Shown here piece after piece: positions 39,896 to 48,930 of a DNA stretch of 64,000 nucleotides (within the stretch, counting starts at the first letter, position 1; each line of letters starts with the position of its first letter). The notes below the pieces were generated by a model. The model was given only the letters and a program-made list of their open reading frames with translations. It was not told where the DNA came from and did not search any database. The stretch comes from Clostridia bacterium. Its GTDB lineage: Bacteria; Bacillota; Clostridia; UBA1381; UBA9506. The DNA lies in the NCBI GenBank assembly GCA_045595795.1, contig JAZOBC010000024.1, positions 3,440 through 67,439 on the forward strand. Direction: 5' to 3'. Made by a program: the position numbers and the translations under genes.

Positions 39896-41368
39896 GTGAA
39901 AAAATTGTTTTGTTTTTTGTGTGTATTACTTTGTGTGGCTTCTCCGGTCTCTGCAGCAAGCTACGATTTACTCTACCCCATTCAAAATGGGTATGCCCGG
40001 GCGGTAACAGACCTGAAATGGGGTCTTTTAAATGAGGATTTATCCGAGGCTATACCCATGACCTGGGATTATATTGGTGAGCTTTCTGAAAACCGTCGTT
40101 TAGTTAAAAAACAAGAGCTTTACGGCTTTTTGGATGAACGAAACCGAGAAATTATCACCCCTGCTTACACTCAGGCAGGAAACTTTGCAGAGGGGCTTTG
40201 CTGCGTAAAAAACAGCGAGGACCTGTGGGGTTATATTGATGCTGCCGGCAATCTGGTCATTCCCTTTATGTATGAAGATGCCAACGACTTTTCCTGTGGC
40301 AGAGCTTTGGTAAAAATCCAGGGTCTCTACGGCTATATTGACAGCACCAATCAGCTTGTGATTCCCGCCACATATCAAGAAGCTTATTCCTTTTATGATG
40401 ACCGCGCCTGTATTGGCACCAATGATGGCTATGGCTATATTGACGCAAGTGGCGAAGTTGTCATTCCGGCAATCTATGAACTTGCGTTTGACTTTTGGAA
40501 CGGCATAGCCGTTGTGAAAGACGGCGGTTACGGCCTGATTGATACAAACGGCGACTATCTCCTTGTCCCCACGCACGGTCAGCTATCTCTTAACACGGCA
40601 GAGGGATTCGTGAAGGAAACGCAAGGCGGCAAAACGACGATTATTGATTATCAGGGCGTAAAATGGTCAAAGCCCTATGACATTGTAGGCGATTTTTCAG
40701 AGGGTCTTTGCCCCGTTAAAACCGGGGGTAGCTACGGATACATAGATAATCGCATGGAGCTTGTCATTCCTGCCGAATGGGAATATGCCGGTGCTTTTTC
40801 CGAAGGTTTTGCTCCTGTAGGACGTGATGGCTTATATGGCTATATCGACACAAATGGAAACCTGGTGACAGAGCTGATATATACAGATATCGGCAAGGTT
40901 TCTGCCGGCTATGGCAGTGTTCAGACAGATGAGGGAGACTGGCAGTTTATCAAGCCAACCCCATTTGAATCTGCCTTTTCCGACAAGCTGGATAACCACT
41001 CTCTTTTGCTTCGTATAGGTGATAACATCATGCACACACCCGAAGGAGAGGTTGTGCTGGATGCAGCACCCATTCTATATGAGGGACACACTATGCTGCC
41101 CATTCGCCAGGTGGTAGAAGCCATTGGCGGCACAGTGGACTGGAATGCAGAAAAACAGGAAGTTACTGCACGCTACAATCTGCATGTTGTTTCCATGAAT
41201 TTAGGACAGTCCGCCGCCTTCGTAAGCGGAAGATTTACGATTTTAGATCAGGCACCCATGCTCTATCACGAGCGTACTTTAGTGCCCCTTCGCTTTGCGG
41301 TAGAGTCTTTAGGCTGCGAAGTCGACTGGGAGCCGACAACGCAAGAAATTTTGATTACATATCCCTAA
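39896..41368 (+). CDS. Secreted WG-repeat (KWG) protein with a copper-amine-oxidase-N-type C-terminal domain
   Basis: Repeated WGYID/YGYID...G..VIP units. The C-terminus has LPIRQVVEAIGGTVDWN and VPLRFAVESLGCEVDWE. GTG 39896 follows GGAG. A promoter (39835-39862) covers the track ATG at 39851. Confidence 0.7.
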   Translation: MKKLFCFLCVLLCVASPVSAASYDLLYPIQNGYARAVTDLKWGLLNEDLSEAIPMTWDYIGELSENRRLVKKQELYGFLDERNREIITPAYTQAGNFAEGLCCVKNSEDLWGYIDAAGNLVIPFMYEDANDFSCGRALVKIQGLYGYIDSTNQLVIPATYQEAYSFYDDRACIGTNDGYGYIDASGEVVIPAIYELAFDFWNGIAVVKDGGYGLIDTNGDYLLVPTHGQLSLNTAEGFVKETQGGKTTIIDYQGVKWSKPYDIVGDFSEGLCPVKTGGSYGYIDNRMELVIPAEWEYAGAFSEGFAPVGRDGLYGYIDTNGNLVTELIYTDIGKVSAGYGSVQTDEGDWQFIKPTPFESAFSDKLDNHSLLLRIGDNIMHTPEGEVVLDAAPILYEGHTMLPIRQVVEAIGGTVDWNAEKQEVTARYNLHVVSMNLGQSAAFVSGRFTILDQAPMLYHERTLVPLRFAVESLGCEVDWEPTTQEILITYP

Positions 41369-41386
41369 AAAAACACCCCCAAAGCC

Positions 41387-41415
41387 TTGACAGAAAGCGG
41401 CAAAACAACTATACT
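41387..41415 (+). promoter_or_regulatory. Sigma-A promoter of galE
   Basis: TTGACA (41387-41392), 17-nt spacer, TATACT (41410-41415). Confidence 0.65.
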
Positions 41416-41454
41416 ATTAATAGCTTGATTTTTCGTAGAAGGAGTTGATCCACT

Positions 41455-42462
41455 ATGTCAATTTTAGTAACCGGTGGTGCCGGCTTTATCGGTTCCCACA
41501 CCTGTGTTGAGCTGTTAGAAAACGGCTATGATATTGTTGTTTTAGATAACTTTATTAATTCTAAACCCGAGTCATTAAAGCGTATTAAACAAATCACCAA
41601 CAAAGACTTTAAGTTCTATGAAGCCGACCTACTGGACAAAAACGCTTTAGAAACCATTTTCAGTGAAAATACCATTGATGCCGTGATTCACTTTGCAGGC
41701 CTGAAGGCCGTTGGCGAATCCGTGCAAAAGCCTCTTTGGTATTATCATAATAATATTACAGGCACGCTGTTACTTTGTGAAACCATGGCAAAGCATAACG
41801 TGAAAAAAATGGTATTCAGTTCTTCTGCCACAGTCTATGGTAACCCCAAAACAGTACCCATTCGGGAGGATTTCCCCCTGTCTACCACAAATCCCTATGG
41901 CAGCACAAAGCTGATGATTGAAAACATTCTCCGCGACCTTTATGTGGCTGATAACACCTGGAGCATTGCGTTGCTTAGATATTTTAACCCCATCGGCGCT
42001 CATGAATCCGGCCTCATTGGTGAAGACCCCAACGGTATTCCCAATAACCTGATGCCCTACATAGCTCAGGTTGCTGCCGGAAAGCTTGAAAAGCTCAGCG
42101 TTTTTGGTAATGACTATCCCACACCCGATGGTACAGGTGTCCGTGACTATATCCATGTTGTGGACTTATCTCGTGGTCATTTAAAGGCAGTAGAGCGCGT
42201 TATGAATACCACCGGTGTTGACGCTTATAACTTAGGCACAGGCCATGGATACAGCGTTTTGAACATGATAAAGGCGTTTTCTGAAGTAAACGGTGTAACT
42301 GTGAACTATCAAATTGCACCTCGTCGCCCCGGCGATATTGCACAATGCTACGCTGATCCCAAAAAGGCAAAAGAGCTCTTAGGCTGGGAAGCAGAATATG
42401 ATTTAGAAAAAATGTGCCGCGATGCATGGAACTTCATGGTGCAAAACCCCAATGGATTATAA
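41455..42462 (+). CDS. galE: UDP-glucose 4-epimerase
   Basis: GGAGFIGSH Rossmann motif and YGSTK catalytic YxxxK. 335 aa. Confidence 0.95.
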   Translation: MSILVTGGAGFIGSHTCVELLENGYDIVVLDNFINSKPESLKRIKQITNKDFKFYEADLLDKNALETIFSENTIDAVIHFAGLKAVGESVQKPLWYYHNNITGTLLLCETMAKHNVKKMVFSSSATVYGNPKTVPIREDFPLSTTNPYGSTKLMIENILRDLYVADNTWSIALLRYFNPIGAHESGLIGEDPNGIPNNLMPYIAQVAAGKLEKLSVFGNDYPTPDGTGVRDYIHVVDLSRGHLKAVERVMNTTGVDAYNLGTGHGYSVLNMIKAFSEVNGVTVNYQIAPRRPGDIAQCYADPKKAKELLGWEAEYDLEKMCRDAWNFMVQNPNGL

Positions 42463-42471
42463 AGCGAACAT

Positions 42472-42506
42472 AAAAAAAGGACAGTTCATTTTGAACTGTC
42501 CTTTTT
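42472..42506. terminator. Bidirectional intrinsic terminator
   Basis: AAAAAGGACAGTTC / GAACTGTCCTTTTT, between convergent genes. Confidence 0.9.
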
Positions 42507-42515
42507 AATTTGTTT

Positions 42516-43541
42516 TTATCGCATACTGTCTAACAAGCGTTTCGCGTTAGAATACATAATGTCTTCCACATCGCGATCACTGAGCTTTAAGTCCACCGCA
42601 ACACGCTTTAAAGCACGGATTTGTTCATAAATCATCAGCGTCACGTCTGTCTCGTCCGTTTCACGCATGTGAGGTTCGCCCTCTACGTTACCGTAAAGGC
42701 CACGAGGTACAACATTGTAATAGACACCTTCTTCATCGGTAACACGATACATACGCATGATGGCAATCGGCAGGTCAGAACCGAAAATCAGGCGTTTCGG
42801 TCCCACAGCCTCAATGCAGGCGCGAATGGCATCGTCGCAAACGTTTGCGGTAAAGTCAAAATACATGTTCTTGGTTTTGCCCAAAATATCAAAGGCATTG
42901 CCAATATCCTGTTTTGAATAAGCGCGACCGATATGAGCCACAATTAACTTCACATTAGGATATTTTTCCTCAATTTCCATGAGCTGCGCAATGTTTACAG
43001 GGTCTTTTAGGCGACCATCACGGGCGATGTGTAGCATTACAATCCAGCCATTTTTGTTTGCCACTTCCCAATGGGAATGCGGTACAAAGTCAAAAATGCG
43101 GATTTCCTTTGTAGGAATGTAAGGCGAGCAGTTAGAAAGATAGGGCTTTAAGCCTAAAAATCCACCTGCTTTTACCTTTTCCTCCAACTCATCAGCCGGC
43201 ATATCATAAGACGTTCTGTATAAGGTTGGAAAACCGTGATTGCGACCTTCTTCGCAAACATAATTGTTCACAATGTCGAGATCGCACAAACAACCGCCAA
43301 ACACTAAGGGAATTACCTTATTGTCGGGAAATAAGGTTTTATATGCGTCAATCAGGTGTTCTGCTGTCATTTCATCAGCAACCAAATCGGTCCAGGTCGA
43401 ACCACCATTATGGGCTCCCCAGAAGGGAAAATCCGCTTTGTTGATATGCGTGTGGAAATCAATAAAGGTTTCAGGTAAAAAGTTCTTTAACTCTTTTTCA
43501 TAAACCTGACGGTCATAGTCTGTTACCTGTAAGTTAAACAC
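42516..43541 (-). CDS. Amidohydrolase_2-type metal-dependent TIM-barrel hydrolase (lactonase/decarboxylase superfamily)
   Basis: DFHTH (HxH), LHIA, VAHIG and FGSDLP metal-ligand pattern. 341 aa. Confidence 0.75.
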   Translation of the reverse strand: MFNLQVTDYDRQVYEKELKNFLPETFIDFHTHINKADFPFWGAHNGGSTWTDLVADEMTAEHLIDAYKTLFPDNKVIPLVFGGCLCDLDIVNNYVCEEGRNHGFPTLYRTSYDMPADELEEKVKAGGFLGLKPYLSNCSPYIPTKEIRIFDFVPHSHWEVANKNGWIVMLHIARDGRLKDPVNIAQLMEIEEKYPNVKLIVAHIGRAYSKQDIGNAFDILGKTKNMYFDFTANVCDDAIRACIEAVGPKRLIFGSDLPIAIMRMYRVTDEEGVYYNVVPRGLYGNVEGEPHMRETDETDVTLMIYEQIRALKRVAVDLKLSDRDVEDIMYSNAKRLLDSMR

Positions 43542-43543
43542 AG

Positions 43544-44899
43544 TTAGTTCCTCCCCTGTTTCATTTTAGCAAAAGCATCTGCTTCATCAGCATAAATGCC
43601 CGCACCAATACCGGCTAAAGCCGCAGCACCCACGCTACCGGCATAAGCACCGTGAATAACTGTTACGTCTAAGCCGCAAATATCGTGAATCAGCTTGTGC
43701 CACATAGGATCGCCCGAAGGACCGCCCACCATAACGGCAGAAGTCGCATGCACGCCCACCGCAGCCAGATTGTCCAGCTTCTCTTTCAGCAAATATACCG
43801 TACCCTCCATAATGGCTCTGGCAATTTGCTCTTTGGAATAGCTTAAAATTTTTGCATCATCCGGCTCGTCATAAGGACAAATGGAAAGTCTACCGGCACC
43901 GGGCTCACAAGCTGATGCCAAAGACGATAAAATTGAAAAGGCCTTATCGGATGAATCAATATAACGGCTGATATACAACCAAATACGCTCAGATACTGAT
44001 GCTACAGACACCATTGTGCCCCAGCAGCCGCCCTTAGGGGCTAAGAATGGGTCGATGAGCAATTCAGCATCGGCTGCCTTGTCACGATCCTTGATAGGGA
44101 AAAATCCCACCCAGGAGGTACCACAGGACAGCAACACTTCACCTTCATTGAAAACACCAACGCCGCGTGCCGCTGACGGATGGTCAAAGCTACCGAGCAC
44201 AACCGGTGTGCCGGCAGACAAGTTGCAAACCTCTGCCATTTCCTCTGTGATGCCGCCTAAAACCCCACCACAGGGCATAATCGGCGGTACTTTGCTTTCA
44301 TCAATGCCTAAGGTTTCTAATAAATCTGACATATAGGCACCCTTTTGCTGGTCAATCAAATAAAATGGTGTTCCGGCAGAGGTACTAATGCCCCACTTAC
44401 CGGTAAGCGCATAGTATAAATACTCTGTGCTCATGCACACCTGACCGCAACGAGATAGCAACTCCGGCTGATGCTTTTTAATATAGCAGAGCTGCGACAA
44501 GGGGAACGTGTGAGGGTTAAACGGCCAACCCATTTTACGGTACATGGCGTTTGTATCCATTTCTCCCAAAACTTCATGAGCTTCGTTCTGAACACGACAG
44601 TCCTGCCAGTTAATGATGGCTGTTGCAGGCTCCATGTTTTCATCTAACACCACTAAATTGCCGCTGGCAGAAGACGCACACAAAGCCAGCACCTCACCAC
44701 CGTCTGCCGCATCTGCTAACTGACGGATGGCTGAAAGGCAGGCAGACAGAAAATTCTGCGCCGAAACCTCTAAGGCTGCTTCGCTTGGCTTTTCGTAGTC
44801 AAAGGCTTCACGGGCTGTGTGCTGAATCACACCCTCTGTGCTGATTAAAACACCTTTAATAGAAGATGTACCAATGTCTAAACCAATCAGATATTGCAC
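43544..44899 (-). CDS. FGGY-family carbohydrate kinase
   Basis: N-terminal LIGLDIGTSSIKGVL and C-terminal VMVGGPSGDPMW motifs. 451 aa. Confidence 0.9.
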   Translation of the reverse strand: MQYLIGLDIGTSSIKGVLISTEGVIQHTAREAFDYEKPSEAALEVSAQNFLSACLSAIRQLADAADGGEVLALCASSASGNLVVLDENMEPATAIINWQDCRVQNEAHEVLGEMDTNAMYRKMGWPFNPHTFPLSQLCYIKKHQPELLSRCGQVCMSTEYLYYALTGKWGISTSAGTPFYLIDQQKGAYMSDLLETLGIDESKVPPIMPCGGVLGGITEEMAEVCNLSAGTPVVLGSFDHPSAARGVGVFNEGEVLLSCGTSWVGFFPIKDRDKAADAELLIDPFLAPKGGCWGTMVSVASVSERIWLYISRYIDSSDKAFSILSSLASACEPGAGRLSICPYDEPDDAKILSYSKEQIARAIMEGTVYLLKEKLDNLAAVGVHATSAVMVGGPSGDPMWHKLIHDICGLDVTVIHGAYAGSVGAAALAGIGAGIYADEADAFAKMKQGRN

Positions 44900-44911
44900 G
44901 TGACTCTCTCC

Positions 44912-45406
44912 TTATTCACCCATAACCATAACCTGAACAGTTCTCTGTCTGGCACGGGTATTATCAAAGTCAATAAAATGAATGAAGCCGAATTCGCCTA
45001 AATCCATTTCGCCATTTTCAATGACGATGGTTTCGCTTCTGCCAATGATGGAAGAACGCAGATGTGCATCGGTATTGTGGCAGCCCCAAGCATCTTCATC
45101 GTGCTCCTCGGCAAACTTCAGCGCCTTAGGACCCGGATGGAGATACATGCCCTCATAGCGGCATTCGGGAATGATTTTTTCCATGACATTCACCAAATCC
45201 TGCTGCAGGGTTTCAAGACCGGTCATAGACATGTCAAAAGCACATTCCTGTGTGATAACACAGCAGGTGGTGTGATGGGAATAAACAACAGCAATACCTT
45301 CTTTAATGCCGGATTTCTTCACGATTTCCTTTGCCTTAGCGGTTACATCATGAAAGGTATAGGCACGGTCTTTGGACTGTACTTTAAAAGATTCTCTGTA
45401 AATCAT
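44912..45406 (-). CDS. YjbQ/UPF0047 family protein, paralog 1
   Basis: 164 aa with SHHTTCCVITQE and DAHLRSSIIGRSETIVIENGEMDLGEFG, both hallmark YjbQ patterns. Confidence 0.85.
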   Translation of the reverse strand: MIYRESFKVQSKDRAYTFHDVTAKAKEIVKKSGIKEGIAVVYSHHTTCCVITQECAFDMSMTGLETLQQDLVNVMEKIIPECRYEGMYLHPGPKALKFAEEHDEDAWGCHNTDAHLRSSIIGRSETIVIENGEMDLGEFGFIHFIDFDNTRARQRTVQVMVMGE

Positions 45407-46120
45407 TTATTTTGCCTCCTGTTTTTTAAGGTCATCTGCCGCACGGCGAGTAGCAGCAATCATTTCATCAATCATAGCCAAGGGATCTTCTGCATTCATG
45501 ATGCCGGAAGCAGCGCCGGCTGCTTCAGAACCTGCCATAATGAAATCATATACCTGCTGACCGTTGGTAATGCCGGCAGCCTGTTCAATTAAAATGTCCG
45601 GATCAATCTTTCTGATTTCGCGGATAACTTCCATAACATAACCCATATCGCTGACACCACCGCCGGCACCGCCGATAAGTTCGGAGGGTTCGGGATTAAT
45701 AATGTCAGGATGCAGTTCTGCAATAGCACGTGTTTCAGCCACAGAATCAGCACAAGCAAACACCAGCATGTCAAGCTCGTTGGCTCGGTCAATGGTTGCC
45801 TTAATCTGAGGCAGGCTCATGGGCTTTTCACAATGGTTAACGACAACGCCCTCTGCACCGGCTGCTTTTAAAGCTTCGGGCAGAATATCTGCCATGCCAC
45901 GACCGGGACGCAGAGTATCCATATAAGGAGCCAGCACAATGAGGTGCTTGGTATTTTCTACCACACGTCTGATTTCAACAGCCGGGCAGATAAATAAAAC
46001 ATCAATGTCATACTTTTCTGCTGCTTTATCAGCGGCTAAAGCATATTCTAAAACCGTATCACCATAGATATAGTTCTTTGTACCTATTTCAAAATAAGGA
46101 GTTCTGATTTTTCTTTTCAT
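45407..46120 (-). CDS. Triosephosphate-isomerase-family protein, short archaeal-like type
   Basis: 237 aa. IGTKNY, VVVNHCEK, PEPSELIGGAGG and AAGITNGQQV align with archaeal TIM motifs (INFKTY, NHSE, EPPELIGTG). The catalytic Lys, His and Glu positions are retained. Confidence 0.7.
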   Translation of the reverse strand: MKRKIRTPYFEIGTKNYIYGDTVLEYALAADKAAEKYDIDVLFICPAVEIRRVVENTKHLIVLAPYMDTLRPGRGMADILPEALKAAGAEGVVVNHCEKPMSLPQIKATIDRANELDMLVFACADSVAETRAIAELHPDIINPEPSELIGGAGGGVSDMGYVMEVIREIRKIDPDILIEQAAGITNGQQVYDFIMAGSEAAGAASGIMNAEDPLAMIDEMIAATRRAADDLKKQEAK

Positions 46121-46131
46121 AATGGCACCTC

Positions 46132-46752
46132 TTATCTCTTCAGCTGCAGGTCATAATGAACGTCATATGCCTTTTCTTCATCGGTGAACTTGTGCAGTGT
46201 GTTAATCACTTCACCGTTGTTCCACTTTCTGTCGCCTACATCCTCAGTGGTACCCATAACGGTAACGTTAAGCTGTCTGCGGCGTGCACGAACGTGATCC
46301 CAGTCAATGAAGTAGATGTGAGCGAACTCACCACCATCTAAAACGCCGTCTTTAATGGTCATGGTTTCGCTTCTGCCAAAGAATACGCTGCGCAGGTGAC
46401 CATCGGTGTTCATGCTGGTGAAGTCGCCGGGTTCGTCAACATAGCGGCCAAACTGTGCGTGAATCGGACCGGGATGACGATACTGGTGCTCTTCTGCAAA
46501 GTCAGGAATCATCTTTCTCATGATGTCTAAGAGATCATGCTGCAGATATTCTAAGTCAAAAGAATCAATGTCATGTGAGCATTCCTGAATCATAACTGAA
46601 CAGGTGGTGTGATGAGATGCGATACATACGGTACCATTTTTAATGCCGGATGCTTCTACAATCTCAATAATTTCTTTGGATACGTCGTGGAAGGTAGGAA
46701 TCCAGCCTCTTGACTGCAGTTCCAGTTCCTTTTGGAAAATTTTGAATTCCAT
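46132..46752 (-). CDS. YjbQ/UPF0047 family protein, paralog 2, with a C-terminal extension of about 40 aa
   Basis: SHHTTCSVMIQE and DGHLRSVFFGRSETMTIKDGVLDGGEFA. ATG 46752 follows AAGGAGA. Confidence 0.85.
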   Translation of the reverse strand: MEFKIFQKELELQSRGWIPTFHDVSKEIIEIVEASGIKNGTVCIASHHTTCSVMIQECSHDIDSFDLEYLQHDLLDIMRKMIPDFAEEHQYRHPGPIHAQFGRYVDEPGDFTSMNTDGHLRSVFFGRSETMTIKDGVLDGGEFAHIYFIDWDHVRARRRQLNVTVMGTTEDVGDRKWNNGEVINTLHKFTDEEKAYDVHYDLQLKR

Positions 46753-46798
46753 GGTGCATTCTCCTTTTATATGTATTTTTATAAACAACGTTAGGGGT

Positions 46799-47401
46799 TT
46801 ATTTCTTGTTCAGACGTTCTCCCACAGCGCCACCCGGATGAATCAGGGCAAACTGCTCATTCTGATAATCGGTCTCTTCAATGAGAGCCGCCTGCAGAGC
46901 GTGGAAAATCATGCAAAGAGCTGTGGTTGAGGTTGTTCCCTGTGCATTATACTTATCCGTTTCGCGAGTAACAAATTGCTTTAACACAACATCAGCATCT
47001 TTTGCCAAGGGGGATTCTAAATTTTCAGTTACAGTGATAATCTTAACACCTTTTTGCTTACAAATGCTCACAATCGGTAATAGTTCCGCTGTTTTTCCGC
47101 CACGGGAAGCAAGCACAATCACATCACCTTCCTGCAAAAAGCCGGTAGCACCGTGAATGGCTTCAGCCGGTGAAATGAAGCGTGCGGGACGCTCGATACA
47201 GCACAAAAGATGCGCCAAATGCTGGCAAATAATACCGCTATGACCGCAACCGGAGGTGCCGATTCTCTCTGCACCCTGCAACAATTTGACAGCTTTTGAA
47301 AAAGCCTCGTCATCAAAATATTCGAGCATTTTTCCAATGCAATCCTGCTCAATGAGATAGGCCTCTTTGGCAGCCTTTAAAGAAGCTTCCTTAATACTCA
47401 A
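46799..47401 (-). CDS. SIS-domain sugar-phosphate isomerase/binding protein
   Basis: SIS pattern GTSGCGHSGIICQHLAHLL...VIVLASRGGKTAELL. Probable TTG start at 47401, 7 nt after AGGAGAG; the start is uncertain. Confidence 0.75.
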   Translation of the reverse strand: MSIKEASLKAAKEAYLIEQDCIGKMLEYFDDEAFSKAVKLLQGAERIGTSGCGHSGIICQHLAHLLCCIERPARFISPAEAIHGATGFLQEGDVIVLASRGGKTAELLPIVSICKQKGVKIITVTENLESPLAKDADVVLKQFVTRETDKYNAQGTTSTTALCMIFHALQAALIEETDYQNEQFALIHPGGAVGERLNKK

Positions 47402-47517
47402 AACAAATCTCTCCTTTTTTAAAAAAATCGTGTCCCAATAGGAGAACAAAAACGCGTGCTTACGCCGTACGCAGTCCACCTCTCCTACCATATGTCATTG
47501 TATTATATCTCGTAGTA

Positions 47518-47539
47518 TTTTGTCAATAGCATGACAAAA
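47518..47539. promoter_or_regulatory. Palindromic candidate operator in the divergent promoter region
   Basis: TTTTGTCA-ATAGCA-TGACAAAA, perfect 8-bp arms. On the minus strand one arm contains a TTGACA -35 hexamer, followed after 18 nt by TACAAT. Confidence 0.5.
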
Positions 47540-47600
47540 AATGAAGACTCAATATCATTTTGAATGTATGCGTTTTGTACAGATTTCTACCGATTATGCA

Positions 47601-47629
47601 TTTACAAGGAATTTGAAAACTGTTATGAT
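47601..47629 (+). promoter_or_regulatory. Sigma-A promoter of the M20/NagB-like operon
   Basis: TTTACA (47601-47606), 17-nt spacer, TATGAT (47624-47629). Confidence 0.6.
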
Positions 47630-47661
47630 TCAGCTAACAGATAGAAAATGGGAGTGATAGA

Positions 47662-48927
47662 ATGGAAGCAAAAGTTCTGGCATATTTAGACGCTCATAAG
47701 GAAGAGCTGTTTAATCTCCTGTCAGAGATGCTGAAAATTGATACACAAAACTATACCACCTATGGTTTAGAAGAAGCCGGACAGAATTTTTTTGCCGACT
47801 ACTGTCATGAGCATGGGTTTGAAACGGATTGGTATTGTCCCGACGACGTACCAGGTCTTGTGGATCATCCCGGTTATTTGGAAGGTCGTAATACCGACAA
47901 GCGTCCTAACGTGACTGCTATTTTGCCGGGTAAAACAGGCAAGCATAAAATTACGTTGGCGGCGCATATGGACACCATGCCCATCGGTCGAGAAGAAGAT
48001 TGGACTGTGCCGGCGTTGGGTGGTGTGATAAAGGATAATAAAATCTTTGGCAGAGGCTCCAGCGATGATAAATATGGCATTGCGGCATCCATTTTAGCCC
48101 TTCGTGCCATCAAAGAATGTGGTATTGAGTTAGAAGATGATGTATATGTTACGTCTTATGTAGACGAAGAAATGGGCGGCGGAAACGGAGCCCTGGCAAC
48201 TGCACTGAAATACCCTTCTGATGTATATATTAACTTAGACGGCGGCAGTATGGAGGTTTGGCCCTATGCCGTTGGCGGATTCTGCGGCGTCGCTTCGCTG
48301 CATAAAGAAGAAACAATTTCTTCTGCATCATCCGTATTCCAAGGCTTAAAGCTTGTGGTTGAAGCCTTTGATGCCTTTGGCGAAAAGCGTTTTGCTGAGC
48401 TGAGAAACAGCGATATCTTCCGCGGAACCGACATCGAAGCTGATGCCTACCGCTTAACAGGCGCATCAAACGGCCACGAGGGTATTGATTTGAATAAAGC
48501 AGAAATGACCTTTTCTACCTACACGCTGCTGGCACAGGAACAGCTTGACAAGGAATTTGATGAGCTGAGCGCATATTTAGATGCCGAGCTCAAAAAAATG
48601 GGTCTGGTGTTTGACGGCATTCAAAAGGTTTCCCGTTTCTTCCACCCCATTCATCCTGAATCCATTCCCGAAGATGCGCTTTTGTTCGGCTCACTTTTAG
48701 AACAAACAAAGGGCTCCCCTGTTAAATACGCCGGCGGCTGTTTGTCTGATTTATCGGTACTGTATCAATACGGCGGCGGCGTTGCCTTTAACACGGGCTT
48801 GTTCAAAGGTTTTGCCGATTACGGCGGTCCTCATCAGCCTGATGAATATGTGGATTGTGATGAGTTCTTGGCCATCACCAAGGCCTTGGCTCTGTATTTA
48901 ATAAAAAAATCATATAAAGGAGAGTAA
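47662..48927 (+). CDS. M20-family metallopeptidase/deacylase (ArgE/DapE/ACY1 type)
   Basis: LAAHMDTMP, GRGSSDDKYG and DEEMGGGNG metal-ligand motifs. 421 aa. Confidence 0.85.
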   Translation: MEAKVLAYLDAHKEELFNLLSEMLKIDTQNYTTYGLEEAGQNFFADYCHEHGFETDWYCPDDVPGLVDHPGYLEGRNTDKRPNVTAILPGKTGKHKITLAAHMDTMPIGREEDWTVPALGGVIKDNKIFGRGSSDDKYGIAASILALRAIKECGIELEDDVYVTSYVDEEMGGGNGALATALKYPSDVYINLDGGSMEVWPYAVGGFCGVASLHKEETISSASSVFQGLKLVVEAFDAFGEKRFAELRNSDIFRGTDIEADAYRLTGASNGHEGIDLNKAEMTFSTYTLLAQEQLDKEFDELSAYLDAELKKMGLVFDGIQKVSRFFHPIHPESIPEDALLFGSLLEQTKGSPVKYAGGCLSDLSVLYQYGGGVAFNTGLFKGFADYGGPHQPDEYVDCDEFLAITKALALYLIKKSYKGE

Positions 48928-48930
48928 AAA

